Below, in pieces: positions 9,490-18,802 of a stretch of 64,000 bases of DNA. Within the stretch, counting starts at the first letter, position 1, and the number at the start of each line of letters is the position of its first letter. The notes under the pieces are model-generated. The model worked only from the letters and a program-made list of their open reading frames with translations, ran no database searches and was not told the DNA's origin. The translations under genes were made by a program, and so were the position numbers. Origin of the DNA: Polyangiales bacterium (lineage in GTDB: Bacteria; Myxococcota_A; Polyangia; Polyangiales; Polyangiaceae); contig JBBRLQ010000001.1 of assembly GCA_038231275.1 (NCBI GenBank), positions 384,001-448,000 on the forward strand, in the 5' to 3' direction.

Positions 9490-11157
9490 TCAGCCGCGTG
9501 CGAGGATCTTCGCGTCGTCGAGATCGCTGTCTTCGTCGATGCGATCGACGCCGTGGCGCGCGAGCTGACGCGCTGCGGCGGCGGAGCGGCCGTCACCTCG
9601 AGCGAGGCAGAATGCGGCGTGCTCGACGACGAGGGCGAGCTCGGTGGCGCGGCCAAGCGTGAGGGCGAAGCGACGCGCGCCTGCCTCGACGGCGTCGAGC
9701 CCGGTCTCTCGAACGCGCGCGATCCAGGCCTTGGCGTGCGCGATGGCGTCGCGTGCGGCGGCGGCCGGGCGCGCGAGGGCGGCGGGCGCGGCCGCAGTGG
9801 CGCGCGCGATCTCTCGCTCGAGCACGTCGAGCGATCCGCCTCGCGCGAGCGCGCGCAAGACGTCGAGCGAGAGCACGTTGGTGGTGCCCTCCCAGATCGG
9901 CAACACCTGCGCGTCGCGGAGGAGACGCGGGAGGCCGGTGTCCTCGACGTACCCGGCGCCGCCGAACGCCTCGAGCGCCTCGCTCGTGACGGCGACCGCT
10001 TGCTTGCCGGTCGTCAGCTTCGCGAGCGGCGTGAGGAGGCGAAGCAGCTGGAGCTCGTCTTCGCTGGCGCTCTTGTCCTCTTCGCGGCCGAGCAGCTCGA
10101 CGACGCGGAACGAGAGCAGGAACGCGCCTTGGTACTCCGCTTCCATTCCGGCGAGCGTATCGGCGTGCAGCGGCTTGTCGGCGAGCTTCGAGCCGAAGGC
10201 GACACGGCGACCGGCGTAGTCGCGCGCGAGGGCGATCGCGCGGCGCATCCCGGCGACGGCGCACACGGCGTTCCACGTGCGCGTGACGGCGAGCATCGGC
10301 GTGATGTTCTTGATGCCGTCCTTCGTGCCGGTGACCGCGGTGGCGCGCGCACCGTCGAGGGTGAGCTCGGCGGTCGGGACCATCCGCGTGCCGAGCTTGT
10401 CCTTCAGGCGATTGACGAGGATCCCGTCGCGGAGCCGCCCATTGTCGTGGCGCGTCTCGACGTAGAAGAGCGCGAGACCGCCGCCGCCCGGCGGGTTGCC
10501 CTCCGGCCGCGCGAGCGTCAGCGCCATCTGCGACGTCGTCGCGCTCGTGAACCATTTGGTGCCGTAGAGGAGGTGCGAGTCGCCGTCGAAGCGGGCGACC
10601 GTCTCGCTGATGGCAACGTCGCTCCCGCCGGTGCGCTCGGTCATCCACTGCCCGCTCGTCCACATCCGATCCGGATCGCGACTCGTCAGGCGCGGCAGCG
10701 CGCGCTCGATCAGCGCCGTGTTCGCGGTCTGCGACAGCGTCTTCGCCGCGCCGTCGGTCATCGCGAGCGGGCACGAGTAGACCGCCGTAGATTCGGTGAA
10801 GAGGTACACCTTCGCCATCTGGTGGATGCGCGAGAGCGGGCCGTGGGCGCGCTCGTACGCGATGCCGACCAGGCCTTCTTCGGCCGCGATGCGGGCGGCG
10901 CGTTTCCACAGCGGCGTCAGCTCGATGTGGTCGATGCGCGTGCCCCACGCGTCCCACGTGACGAGCTTCGGCTCGTCGGCGCGCTCGGCGAGGCTCTGCC
11001 GGTACATGTCGCCCCCCATGAGCTCCCCCAAGGCGCTCATCTGCGGCGCGATCTCGGCGCGCATCCCCTCCGGCAACACACGGTCGAGGTAGCTGAGGAG
11101 GAGCGGATCCTCGGTGAACTGGTTGCCGAGCTCCGGCGGGGTCTGGAAAAACGCCAT
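9490..11157 (-). CDS. Acyl-CoA dehydrogenase (AidB-like subfamily)
   Basis: SCPLAMTDGA, GQWMTERTGGSDV, GTKWFTSA, RLKDKLG, GGAGYVE, IWEGTTNV. Confidence 0.92.
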   Translation of the reverse strand: MAFFQTPPELGNQFTEDPLLLSYLDRVLPEGMRAEIAPQMSALGELMGGDMYRQSLAERADEPKLVTWDAWGTRIDHIELTPLWKRAARIAAEEGLVGIAYERAHGPLSRIHQMAKVYLFTESTAVYSCPLAMTDGAAKTLSQTANTALIERALPRLTSRDPDRMWTSGQWMTERTGGSDVAISETVARFDGDSHLLYGTKWFTSATTSQMALTLARPEGNPPGGGGLALFYVETRHDNGRLRDGILVNRLKDKLGTRMVPTAELTLDGARATAVTGTKDGIKNITPMLAVTRTWNAVCAVAGMRRAIALARDYAGRRVAFGSKLADKPLHADTLAGMEAEYQGAFLLSFRVVELLGREEDKSASEDELQLLRLLTPLAKLTTGKQAVAVTSEALEAFGGAGYVEDTGLPRLLRDAQVLPIWEGTTNVLSLDVLRALARGGSLDVLEREIARATAAAPAALARPAAAARDAIAHAKAWIARVRETGLDAVEAGARRFALTLGRATELALVVEHAAFCLARGDGRSAAAARQLARHGVDRIDEDSDLDDAKILARG

Positions 11158-11235
11158 GACGGGGGCAGGCTACTCCACGGTTCACGGAGGATCTAATGCC
11201 GACAGGGCGTTCTGCGTCTAAGCTCTAGGACGGAC

Positions 11236-14200
11236 GTGCGACGCCATCGAAACCGTGTGCTTTGGTGCTGGCTCCTCGCCGGCGGACTGCTGCTTTCGGC
11301 GGCGCCGGGCGTGCACGCGCAGGATTTCGACCCGCGAGGCCGACACAAGCCCACACCGAAGCCCGGGCCGGCGCCGAAACCCGGTCCGCCGAAGCCGCCG
11401 GGGCCGGGACCAGGACCCGCGCCAGGACCGGGGCCGACGACGACCACCAAGCCGGCGCCCGATCAGGGCGCGTCGCAGGGAATGCTCATCGAGCGCTACA
11501 CGCGCATCGTGCTGACCCAGCCAGGCTCGCCGTTTCCGCTCCAGCGCCTCGCGCAGCTCTATCGCGACAAGGACGGGAACCTCACGAGCCTCGTGAAGGA
11601 CTTCGAGGCGCGCGCCGCGCGGAGCGACGCCGATCAGTACGCGGCGACCGTCACGCTCGCCGGCGTGCAAAAGCTGGACGGACGCGCCGACGACGCGATC
11701 AAGACCTACGAGCGGGCGATCGCGCTCAAATCGAACGACGCCACCGGCTTGCTCGCGCTCGCGCGGCTCCTTCAGGATCGCGGCGACGTCGCGGGCGCAC
11801 GCACACGCTATGAGCAGGGCCTGGCGATCCAGACCGTCGCAGTCGACAAGGAGCAGACGCTCCGCACGCTCATGGGCCTCGCGCTCGACGGGAAGGACTG
11901 GCCCGGCGCGAAGGGCTTCCATGCGCAGCTCGTCAAGCTCCAGCCGACCAGCCTGTTCGTGAAGGGCGAGCTCGGACGCGAGCTCTTCGGGCGCGGCGAG
12001 TTCGAGCGCGCCGAGGGCGAGTTCAAGGATCTCGTGAACGCGGCGCGCGGCGACAATCGCGCGCTGGCACCTGCCCTCAAGGACCTCGGGCGCGCGCAGG
12101 CGAAGGCGCACAAGAACGCCGAGGCGATCGCGACGCTCAAGCAAGCGCTCTCGGTGGCCGGCCAAGAGGCGGCGGTGCGCGCCGAGATCTACGAGACGAT
12201 CACCGAGATTTACCGCGCCGATCAACAGCTCGGCGTCCTCATCCAAATGATCGAGGCCGAGCACGCGTCCGACTTCGCGCGCCTCGCGCTCCTGGGCGCG
12301 CTCTACGAGGAGACGGGCGACGCCGCGAAGGCGCTGTCGACGTACCAGCGGGCGCTCGCGCAGAACCCGCGCCACATCGATCTCCGCCTCAAGATGATCC
12401 GCCTCCTGCAGTCGCAAGGCGAGCTCGACAAGGCAATCGCCGAGTACGAGGGCCTCATTCGCGCGGCGCCGAACAACCCGACGTTCGTGTTCGAGCAGTG
12501 CGACGCGCTCATGCAGCGCGGCGATCGCGTGCGGGCGCTGAAGCTCCTTGGAGAGCTGGAGGCGCGCGCCTCGGGCGACGAGGAGGTCCTCTCACGATTG
12601 GCCGATTTTTACGGAAGAATCGGCGAAGGCGAAAAGTCGCTCCGCGTGCTCACGCGCCTCACGCAGACCGCGAGCAACGATCCGTCGCACCTCGTCGATC
12701 TCGGCGATCGGTACTTCCAGGACGGCAATCATCCGCTCGCCGTGCAGACGTGGAAGCGCATCCTCACGTCGATCAACCCGCGGGCGCGCGCGCTGGCGGC
12801 GCTCGGCGACGTGTACCTCGAGCACGACATGACGCAGGACGCGCTCCAGTCGTTCCGCGAGGCGGTGAGCCTCGAGCCGCAGAGCCTCGTCTACAAGAAG
12901 CAGCTCGCGTCGGCGCTGGAGCGCTCGCGCTCGTACCGCGAGGCGCGCGGAATGTGGGAGGACCTGGCCGAGAAGGCGAGGGTCGCAAACGACAAGCTCC
13001 TCGCGCGCGAGGCGCGGACACGCATCGTGGCCTTGTGGGGCATGGAGCGGATGCTCGACCAGCAAGTCGCGCCGCTCGCCGCGCGCTTCGCGAAGGGAGA
13101 CATCGAGGCCGGGCGCACGCTCGCCGAAGTGCAGCTCCACCTCCGCAAGCTGCCCGAGGCCGAGGCGACGCTGCGCAAGGTCGTCGAGATGGCGCCCGGC
13201 GACGAGGGAAGCTACCTCGCCCTCGAGCGCGTGCTCGTGCAGGAAAACAAGCTCGATCAGGCGATCCTGGTCCTCGAGAAGCTCGTCGTCGTCGAGCCGA
13301 AGCGCGCGCGCGAGCTGTACCAGCGCATGGCCGAGTACGCGACGCAGCTCTACAAAGACGACGACGCGATCAAGTTCGCGGCGCGCGCCGTGGAGCTGAA
13401 TCCCGACGACGCCGAAGGGCACCGTCGCCTCGGCGAGCGGTACCGCGCGCGGCAAGACGTCGAGCACGCGATCGCCGAGTTCCGCGCGGCCATCGCCAAG
13501 AACGATCGCCTCTACGTCGTGTACTTCGAGCTCGCCGACATGCTCCTCGCGCGCGGCGACGCGGACGATGCCGATCGCCTGTTCCGTCGCGTCATCCGCG
13601 GCGCGCCGGACGAGGAGCTCGTCGCGCGGGCGGCGCGCTTGTCGATGCAGATCAACCTCGGAAAGGGCACCCTCGAATCGCTCGAGCAAGATCTCCTGCC
13701 GCTCTCGATCGGCAACCCGCAGAAGACGATCTACCGGCGGCTCCTCGTCGAGATTTACGGAAACCTGTCGTTCGGGCTAGTGCAGCGCGTGCGGCATGGG
13801 ACCGGCAAGGACGTCGAAGAAGCGCGCGCGGCGCTCGCACGAGTAGGCGCGCGCGCGGTGAAGCCGCTCCTCGACGCGCTCGCCGACGCCGACGCCGGGC
13901 AGCAGCGCGTGGCGATCGACGTGCTCGGGTACGTGCAAAACAAGAACGCGGGGCCGTCGCTTTTCGTGTTCGCGACCGGCCCGGCCGATACGGCGCTCCG
14001 CACGCGCGCGATGATCGCGTGCGGGGCGCTGCGCGATCCGGGGCTCTTGCCGAAGTACGAGGCGCTGCTCTTCCCGCGCGCCGACAAGGACGCGGCGAAC
14101 GACGCGACGCCGAGCGACGCAGTGGCGGTGGCGGCGACGTGGGGCCTCGCGCGGATGGGCGACAAGCGTGCTCTGCCGCTCCTCCGCAAGCTCGCGCAGC

Positions 14201-15393
14201 GCGGGTCGTGGGACATGCGCGGGCTCGCGGTGCTGGGGCTCGGTCTCGGGAAGGATCGATCGGCGACCGCCGACGTTGCCCAGATCGCGCGCGCGGTCGA
14301 CGCCGGGAACGTGGCGCGTGCAGCGGCGGCCTACGCGCTCGGCGAGCTCGACGCGGAGAAGGAGACCGCGACGCTGCTCAACATCGCAGAGGCGTCGGAT
14401 CCGCTGCCGCGTCAAATGGCGCTCCTGTCGCTGGCGCGGATGGCGGGCGCGAAGGGAGATCCTCCGGGAGGGCGCGCGGCGCTCGGTGCGATGGCCGACG
14501 CGGTCTTCGCGGGAACAGACTCGGAAAGCGCGCGCGCGCGGGCAGGAGTCCTCGCGCTTCGCCGCGCGGGGAGCTCGGCGCTCGTGCTGCTGGCGAGCCG
14601 CGGCGCACGTGGAGCGCCGCGCGAGGCGTTGCCGGTCCCCGACGACGCGCTCGACGTGGAGGCGACGCTCGAGCAGCTCGTGCCCACGGGCTTCACGGAA
14701 AAGGAGCGCGCAGCGGCGCTCGTCGAGTTCGCCGATCCGCTCAAGCGCGCGGCGACGAGCGCGCTGTCGACGTCGCAAGAGCGCGCGCGCACGGTGCTCG
14801 ACGCGATGAGCGCCGGGGATGGTGCGTTCGAGCCGTTCGTGAGCGAGGGCGCGCGGCCGGACACGGCGGCGGCCCAGGCCAAAGCGCGCGAGATCGCGGC
14901 GGCGCTCGAGCCGTTCGTCGTCGCGTCGCTGGCGCGTCACCCCGATCCGCAGATCCGGACCAAGGCCATCGTCCTCCTCGCGCGCTCGCCGAGCGACGCC
15001 GCCACCGCGGCCGTCGTGCAAGCGGTGAGCGATCCGAGCGAGGCCGTGCAGCGCGTCGCGATCGCGGCGATCGGCGCGCAAGGCGGCTCGCGCGCGGTGA
15101 CGGCCGTGTCCAAGCTCCTCGCGACGCACGAGAACTGGGCGATGCGGGTGCTGGCGGCGCAAGCAGTCGGGCGCCTCGGCGCGGCCGGCAGCAAGGACGC
15201 GGCGACGATCGCGCTGAAGGAAGCCGCCACGAAGGATCCGTACGCGCTCGTGCGCGAGGCCTCCCTCGTCGCGATGACGACGTACGACACGAAGGCTGCC
15301 AAAGATCTCGCCGCGCAGATGGCGCAAAAAGACGCCGAGCCGCGCGTGCGCGAGACCGCCCGCCAAATCGAGGCAGGCAAGCCGAGGCCCTGA
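11236..15393 (+). CDS. Large exported TPR + HEAT repeat protein (1385 aa)
   Basis: Signal peptide (VHA-QD), Pro/Gly/Lys linker, many TPR-like units (A..Y..A...P), then HEAT/PBS-like units (DP...VR..A..AL). Confidence 0.85.
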   Translation: MRRHRNRVLWCWLLAGGLLLSAAPGVHAQDFDPRGRHKPTPKPGPAPKPGPPKPPGPGPGPAPGPGPTTTTKPAPDQGASQGMLIERYTRIVLTQPGSPFPLQRLAQLYRDKDGNLTSLVKDFEARAARSDADQYAATVTLAGVQKLDGRADDAIKTYERAIALKSNDATGLLALARLLQDRGDVAGARTRYEQGLAIQTVAVDKEQTLRTLMGLALDGKDWPGAKGFHAQLVKLQPTSLFVKGELGRELFGRGEFERAEGEFKDLVNAARGDNRALAPALKDLGRAQAKAHKNAEAIATLKQALSVAGQEAAVRAEIYETITEIYRADQQLGVLIQMIEAEHASDFARLALLGALYEETGDAAKALSTYQRALAQNPRHIDLRLKMIRLLQSQGELDKAIAEYEGLIRAAPNNPTFVFEQCDALMQRGDRVRALKLLGELEARASGDEEVLSRLADFYGRIGEGEKSLRVLTRLTQTASNDPSHLVDLGDRYFQDGNHPLAVQTWKRILTSINPRARALAALGDVYLEHDMTQDALQSFREAVSLEPQSLVYKKQLASALERSRSYREARGMWEDLAEKARVANDKLLAREARTRIVALWGMERMLDQQVAPLAARFAKGDIEAGRTLAEVQLHLRKLPEAEATLRKVVEMAPGDEGSYLALERVLVQENKLDQAILVLEKLVVVEPKRARELYQRMAEYATQLYKDDDAIKFAARAVELNPDDAEGHRRLGERYRARQDVEHAIAEFRAAIAKNDRLYVVYFELADMLLARGDADDADRLFRRVIRGAPDEELVARAARLSMQINLGKGTLESLEQDLLPLSIGNPQKTIYRRLLVEIYGNLSFGLVQRVRHGTGKDVEEARAALARVGARAVKPLLDALADADAGQQRVAIDVLGYVQNKNAGPSLFVFATGPADTALRTRAMIACGALRDPGLLPKYEALLFPRADKDAANDATPSDAVAVAATWGLARMGDKRALPLLRKLAQRGSWDMRGLAVLGLGLGKDRSATADVAQIARAVDAGNVARAAAAYALGELDAEKETATLLNIAEASDPLPRQMALLSLARMAGAKGDPPGGRAALGAMADAVFAGTDSESARARAGVLALRRAGSSALVLLASRGARGAPREALPVPDDALDVEATLEQLVPTGFTEKERAAALVEFADPLKRAATSALSTSQERARTVLDAMSAGDGAFEPFVSEGARPDTAAAQAKAREIAAALEPFVVASLARHPDPQIRTKAIVLLARSPSDAATAAVVQAVSDPSEAVQRVAIAAIGAQGGSRAVTAVSKLLATHENWAMRVLAAQAVGRLGAAGSKDAATIALKEAATKDPYALVREASLVAMTTYDTKAAKDLAAQMAQKDAEPRVRETARQIEAGKPRP

Positions 15394-15414
15394 CGCGGGT
15401 GTATCCTGGGCCGG

Positions 15415-15915
15415 ATGCGCGTGCGGCTCGCCCTCATGATCCTCGTCGCCGCCCCCCTGCTGGGTGTGGTCGGCGCGTGCCGCGATCTCTCGCGCTTCTC
15501 GACCGCCGGCGATCACTTCGAAGGCGCCGTCGTGCGCGGCAGCTTCGTTCGCGCGGGCATCGCGGAGGACACGCACGTGTGCCTCACGCTCGACACCGAT
15601 CACCTGCAAGACGCGCCCGGCACGGTGAGCTCCACCGACGGGCGCTTTCAAGCGACGCCGCTCCGCCCGATCCCTCAAATCTGGCAGGATCCGCTGTCGA
15701 GCCTCACCTTCGGCGAAGGGCGCGTGAAGAACCTCGTCTACGCCGTCACGCCAAGCGCCGACGCCGGCGATCCGCAAGACATGCTCGCCGTCATCTCGCT
15801 CATGCAGACCGACGACGTGGAGGTGCGCCTCATCCGAAGCGCGCCCGGCGGGAGCACCAACGCGGTCTTCGGCGTGTTCACGCTCACGCGCCAACGCGGT
15901 CCATGCTCGTACTAG
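15415..15915 (+). CDS. Hypothetical lipoprotein
   Basis: Lipobox-like VVGAC; TATCCT 7 nt upstream; overlaps the tsaD start. Confidence 0.7.
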   Translation: MRVRLALMILVAAPLLGVVGACRDLSRFSTAGDHFEGAVVRGSFVRAGIAEDTHVCLTLDTDHLQDAPGTVSSTDGRFQATPLRPIPQIWQDPLSSLTFGEGRVKNLVYAVTPSADAGDPQDMLAVISLMQTDDVEVRLIRSAPGGSTNAVFGVFTLTRQRGPCSY

Positions 15916-16952
15916 GCCTCGAGTCGTCGTGCGACGAGACGGGCGCAGCGGTGGTGACCGGCGAAGGGCGCGTGCTCTCGGACGTCGTGCAGAGTCAGGT
16001 CGCCCTCCACGCGCAGTACGGCGGCGTCGTGCCCGAGCTCGCGTCGCGCGATCACCTGAAGAATGTGGGACCGGTCGTACGTGAAGCGCTCGCGCGCGCG
16101 AAGGTGACGCTCGCGGACGTGGACGCCGTCGCGGTGACGCATCGCCCGGGGCTCGTCGGCGCGCTGCTCGTCGGCGTGCAAGCGGCGAAGGGTCTCGCGT
16201 GGGCGGCCGGCAAGCCGCTGATCGGCGTCGATCACCTCGTCGGGCACATCTTCGCGGTGTTCCTCGATCGCGGCGAGGCGCGCGAGCTGCCGGGCTTTCC
16301 GTTCGTCGCGCTCCTCGTCTCCGGCGGACACACGGCGATCTACAAGGTCGACGCGCCGCGCGCGGACGCGATCACCGAGCTCGGCGGCACGCGCGACGAC
16401 GCCGCGGGCGAGGCGTTCGACAAAGTCGGCAAGCTCCTGGGACTCGGGTATCCGGGCGGACCGGTCATCGATCGCCTCGCGGCCGACGGCGATCCGAAGC
16501 GCTTCCCGCTCGAGGCGCCGATGCTCCACACGAAGACGCTCGACATGAGCTTCTCGGGCATCAAGACGCGGATCGCGCATTTGGTGGAGGCGGGCCTGCC
16601 GCCGGGCGACGCCGCGATCGCCGACGTGTGCGCGTCGTTCCAGGCCGCGGTCGTCGAGGTGCTCGTGAAGAAGACGCTCCTCGCGGCAGAGTCGCACGGT
16701 GTCGTGGACGTGGTGCTCGGCGGAGGCGTCGCCGCGAACCGCGCACTGCGGAGCCGCTTGTCCGCGGAGGCGATATCACGCGGGATGCGCGCGTTCGTGC
16801 CTCCGTTCGCGTCGTGCACGGACAACGCAGCCATGATCGCGTACGCCGGCGCCCTGCGCAGCGCGTCCGGCGCGCAGGACGGTTGGGATCTCGTGGCGAC
16901 GAGCGCGACGGTCCTGCCGCGCGTCACCCGAAAAGGGCGGGGAGACCGATGA
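15903..16952 (+). CDS. tsaD: tRNA N6-adenosine threonylcarbamoyltransferase
   Basis: MLVLGLESSCDETG, GGVVPELASRDH, HLVGH, LLVSGGHT, DDAAGEAFDK, CTDNAAMIA. Corresponds to the last 349 aa of the 12498..16952 ORF. Confidence 0.97.
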   Translation: MLVLGLESSCDETGAAVVTGEGRVLSDVVQSQVALHAQYGGVVPELASRDHLKNVGPVVREALARAKVTLADVDAVAVTHRPGLVGALLVGVQAAKGLAWAAGKPLIGVDHLVGHIFAVFLDRGEARELPGFPFVALLVSGGHTAIYKVDAPRADAITELGGTRDDAAGEAFDKVGKLLGLGYPGGPVIDRLAADGDPKRFPLEAPMLHTKTLDMSFSGIKTRIAHLVEAGLPPGDAAIADVCASFQAAVVEVLVKKTLLAAESHGVVDVVLGGGVAANRALRSRLSAEAISRGMRAFVPPFASCTDNAAMIAYAGALRSASGAQDGWDLVATSATVLPRVTRKGRGDR

Positions 16953-17000
16953 CGCGACGACGCGGCGACGGCGCGGGCGGCGTGCGGGCGCTGATTGCGT

Positions 17001-18575
17001 TCAGTTTAGCGTGCACATCGAGACGTTCATGGTGTCGAGGGATCCCTGGATGCCGACGGTCCCCTTCGGGTTGCCCGCGCATGCGCCGCGCGTGAGCGTC
17101 GCGTTGGTGGTCGAACAGTCGAGCGCGGGGCCGAAGACGTTGCCCGCCGCCTTCAGCGTCTGAGGGAGCGACGCCGGCGCGTCGACGAGCGCGAGGCAGA
17201 GCCCCACGCCCTGATTGAAGGCCGACGGATCCTGGAGCACGTTCTTCCCGTACGACGGAGATGCGCCCGCCGCGCCGAGATCGATGCGCGCGATGTCGTC
17301 GTAGTCTTGCCCTGCGGTACCGCTGGCGTTGCCCGACACGCGGACGCCGTCGACGCCGTTCTTCAGGAACACGCTGTTTCGCAGCCGGAGCGCCGAGCCG
17401 CCGAGCACCTCGAGGCCCATGGACGCGTTGGTCGACGCGACGAGGCCATCGATCGAGCTCGCGGGCGGGAACGGCGCGCCAAGGACGAGATTCTGCTGGA
17501 CCACAACGCCCTGATCGCCGTTCTTCACCGCGACGACGGTGCCGGCGCCGAGCGCGCTGACGGAAGGCGCCCCGACGAGCGTGATCGATCCGTTCTCGCG
17601 GACGTCGATGCCTGGCCCCTGGTTCTGCGAGAAGCTCGTCGGCGATCCGATCGTGCCGCCCGTGATGCTGACCATCGCCGCGCCGAGGACGCGGAGCCCG
17701 GGCGCGGGCTGGCCGTTCGTGCCGTTCTGAGACAACGTCGCGCCGCCGCCGATCGCGAGGGCGCCGCCTTGGGCGCGGACACCGGCGAGCCGAAAGCCGG
17801 TGATGTCCACCGCGAGGATCGTGCTGTCGGCGCCGTCGGACGCGACAATCCCATGGAGCGCGGTCGCGCCTTGTCCGTCGAGGGCGAGGTTTCGCAGCGC
17901 GGAGCCGCTCGTCGCGAAGACGACCCCGCTCGCGCCCGCGGGGACGCGTACGCGCACGTTGGTTCCGGCGGCGCCGCGAATCTCGACGTTCGCGGGGACG
18001 TCGATAGGGAACGTCTCGCCCGCCCCCACGTCGGAGGTGACGTCGATGACGATTTGCGTACCGGCTGGCGCGCTCACAGGCAGGAGCGAGAGCGCGTTCG
18101 TGATCGTCTTGAGCGCGCAGCCGCTCGACGGCCGTCCGCCTACCGTGCCGCTGCCTGTGCTTGACGGTGCGTCGCTCCCGTTCACGGGATCTACGTGAAA
18201 GTGAAACGGCGCGCCAACCGCGTCGCACGCGGCGTCGGCAGCATCGACGGGCGCATCGATCGGCGCGTCTCCCGGTGCATCGACGGACGTGTCGGCGACG
18301 GCGTCGATCGGCGCATCGATCGGCGCGTCCTTCGAGGCGTCGGCGCCCGTGTCTTTTCGACCTCCGTCGTTCGGTGACGCGTCGACCGTCGCGTCCTCGC
18401 CGCCCGCGTCGACCGTCGCGTCGATCGGCGTCACGTCGGCGCCTGCGTCGACGCTCGACGGCGCGTCCTCGCCGGCGTCGTCGTCCGTGATGAGCCCGGC
18501 GCCATCGGTTCCCCCACAGCCCCACGCTCCCACGACGAGGAGCGACACCGCGACGCCGAGCCCGAGCTTCCCCAT
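17001..18575 (-). CDS. Lipoprotein with Asp/Ala-rich linker and right-handed beta-helix (DUF1565-like) domain
   Basis: Lipobox (AWGC); DAPI/DAS linker; HVDPVNGSD...LKTITNAL; GETFPI; repeated N...GV.V beta-helix turns. Confidence 0.8.
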   Translation of the reverse strand: MGKLGLGVAVSLLVVGAWGCGGTDGAGLITDDDAGEDAPSSVDAGADVTPIDATVDAGGEDATVDASPNDGGRKDTGADASKDAPIDAPIDAVADTSVDAPGDAPIDAPVDAADAACDAVGAPFHFHVDPVNGSDAPSSTGSGTVGGRPSSGCALKTITNALSLLPVSAPAGTQIVIDVTSDVGAGETFPIDVPANVEIRGAAGTNVRVRVPAGASGVVFATSGSALRNLALDGQGATALHGIVASDGADSTILAVDITGFRLAGVRAQGGALAIGGGATLSQNGTNGQPAPGLRVLGAAMVSITGGTIGSPTSFSQNQGPGIDVRENGSITLVGAPSVSALGAGTVVAVKNGDQGVVVQQNLVLGAPFPPASSIDGLVASTNASMGLEVLGGSALRLRNSVFLKNGVDGVRVSGNASGTAGQDYDDIARIDLGAAGASPSYGKNVLQDPSAFNQGVGLCLALVDAPASLPQTLKAAGNVFGPALDCSTTNATLTRGACAGNPKGTVGIQGSLDTMNVSMCTLN

Positions 18576-18597
18576 GATCCCTCAGACTAGAAGAAAA

Positions 18598-18785
18598 TCA
18601 GGGCGTCGTGCACGTCTGCACGTTCAGCGTGTTTCGTCAGCAGCGCGACCGTGGCGGTGCAGTCGTATTGCTGCGCGGCGCCACCGCCGATGGTGCCCAT
18701 CCACGCATTGCCCATGAGATTCATCTGTTGGTCCCGAAAAGCACAACGCGTGCCCCCCGCCCGAGGCGGAGGAGCACGCGTTCAT
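18598..18785 (-). pseudogene. Frameshifted remnant of the C-terminus of a paralogue of the adjacent beta-helix lipoprotein
   Basis: Three frames give GHALCF / QQMNLMGNAW...YDCTATVALLTK / NTLNVQTCTTP*, collinear with GVGLCL / QTLKAAGNVF...DCSTTNATLTR / DTMNVSMCTLN* in 17001..18575. Confidence 0.6.
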
Positions 18786-18802
18786 TTGCGAGGCGCCGGA
18801 TC

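Noticed and set aside
9029-9568. Plus-strand ORF with (PLV/PLA/PEV)n repeats, and the repeat as a possible CRISPR
   Set aside because: It is the antisense reading of the SGT linker; the units are 9 bp and contiguous, with no spacers and no cas genes.
12590-13790. Shared GATTT(TT)ACGGAA in two AT-richer patches of the TPR gene
   Set aside because: Both encode [F/I]YG, and two instances are too few to separate from amino-acid-driven similarity.
12498-15902. 1484-aa ORF suggesting a giant TsaD fusion
   Set aside because: The upstream part is Arg/Ala-rich off-frame shadow of the TPR/HEAT and lipoprotein genes; TsaD begins at its canonical MLVLG at 15903.
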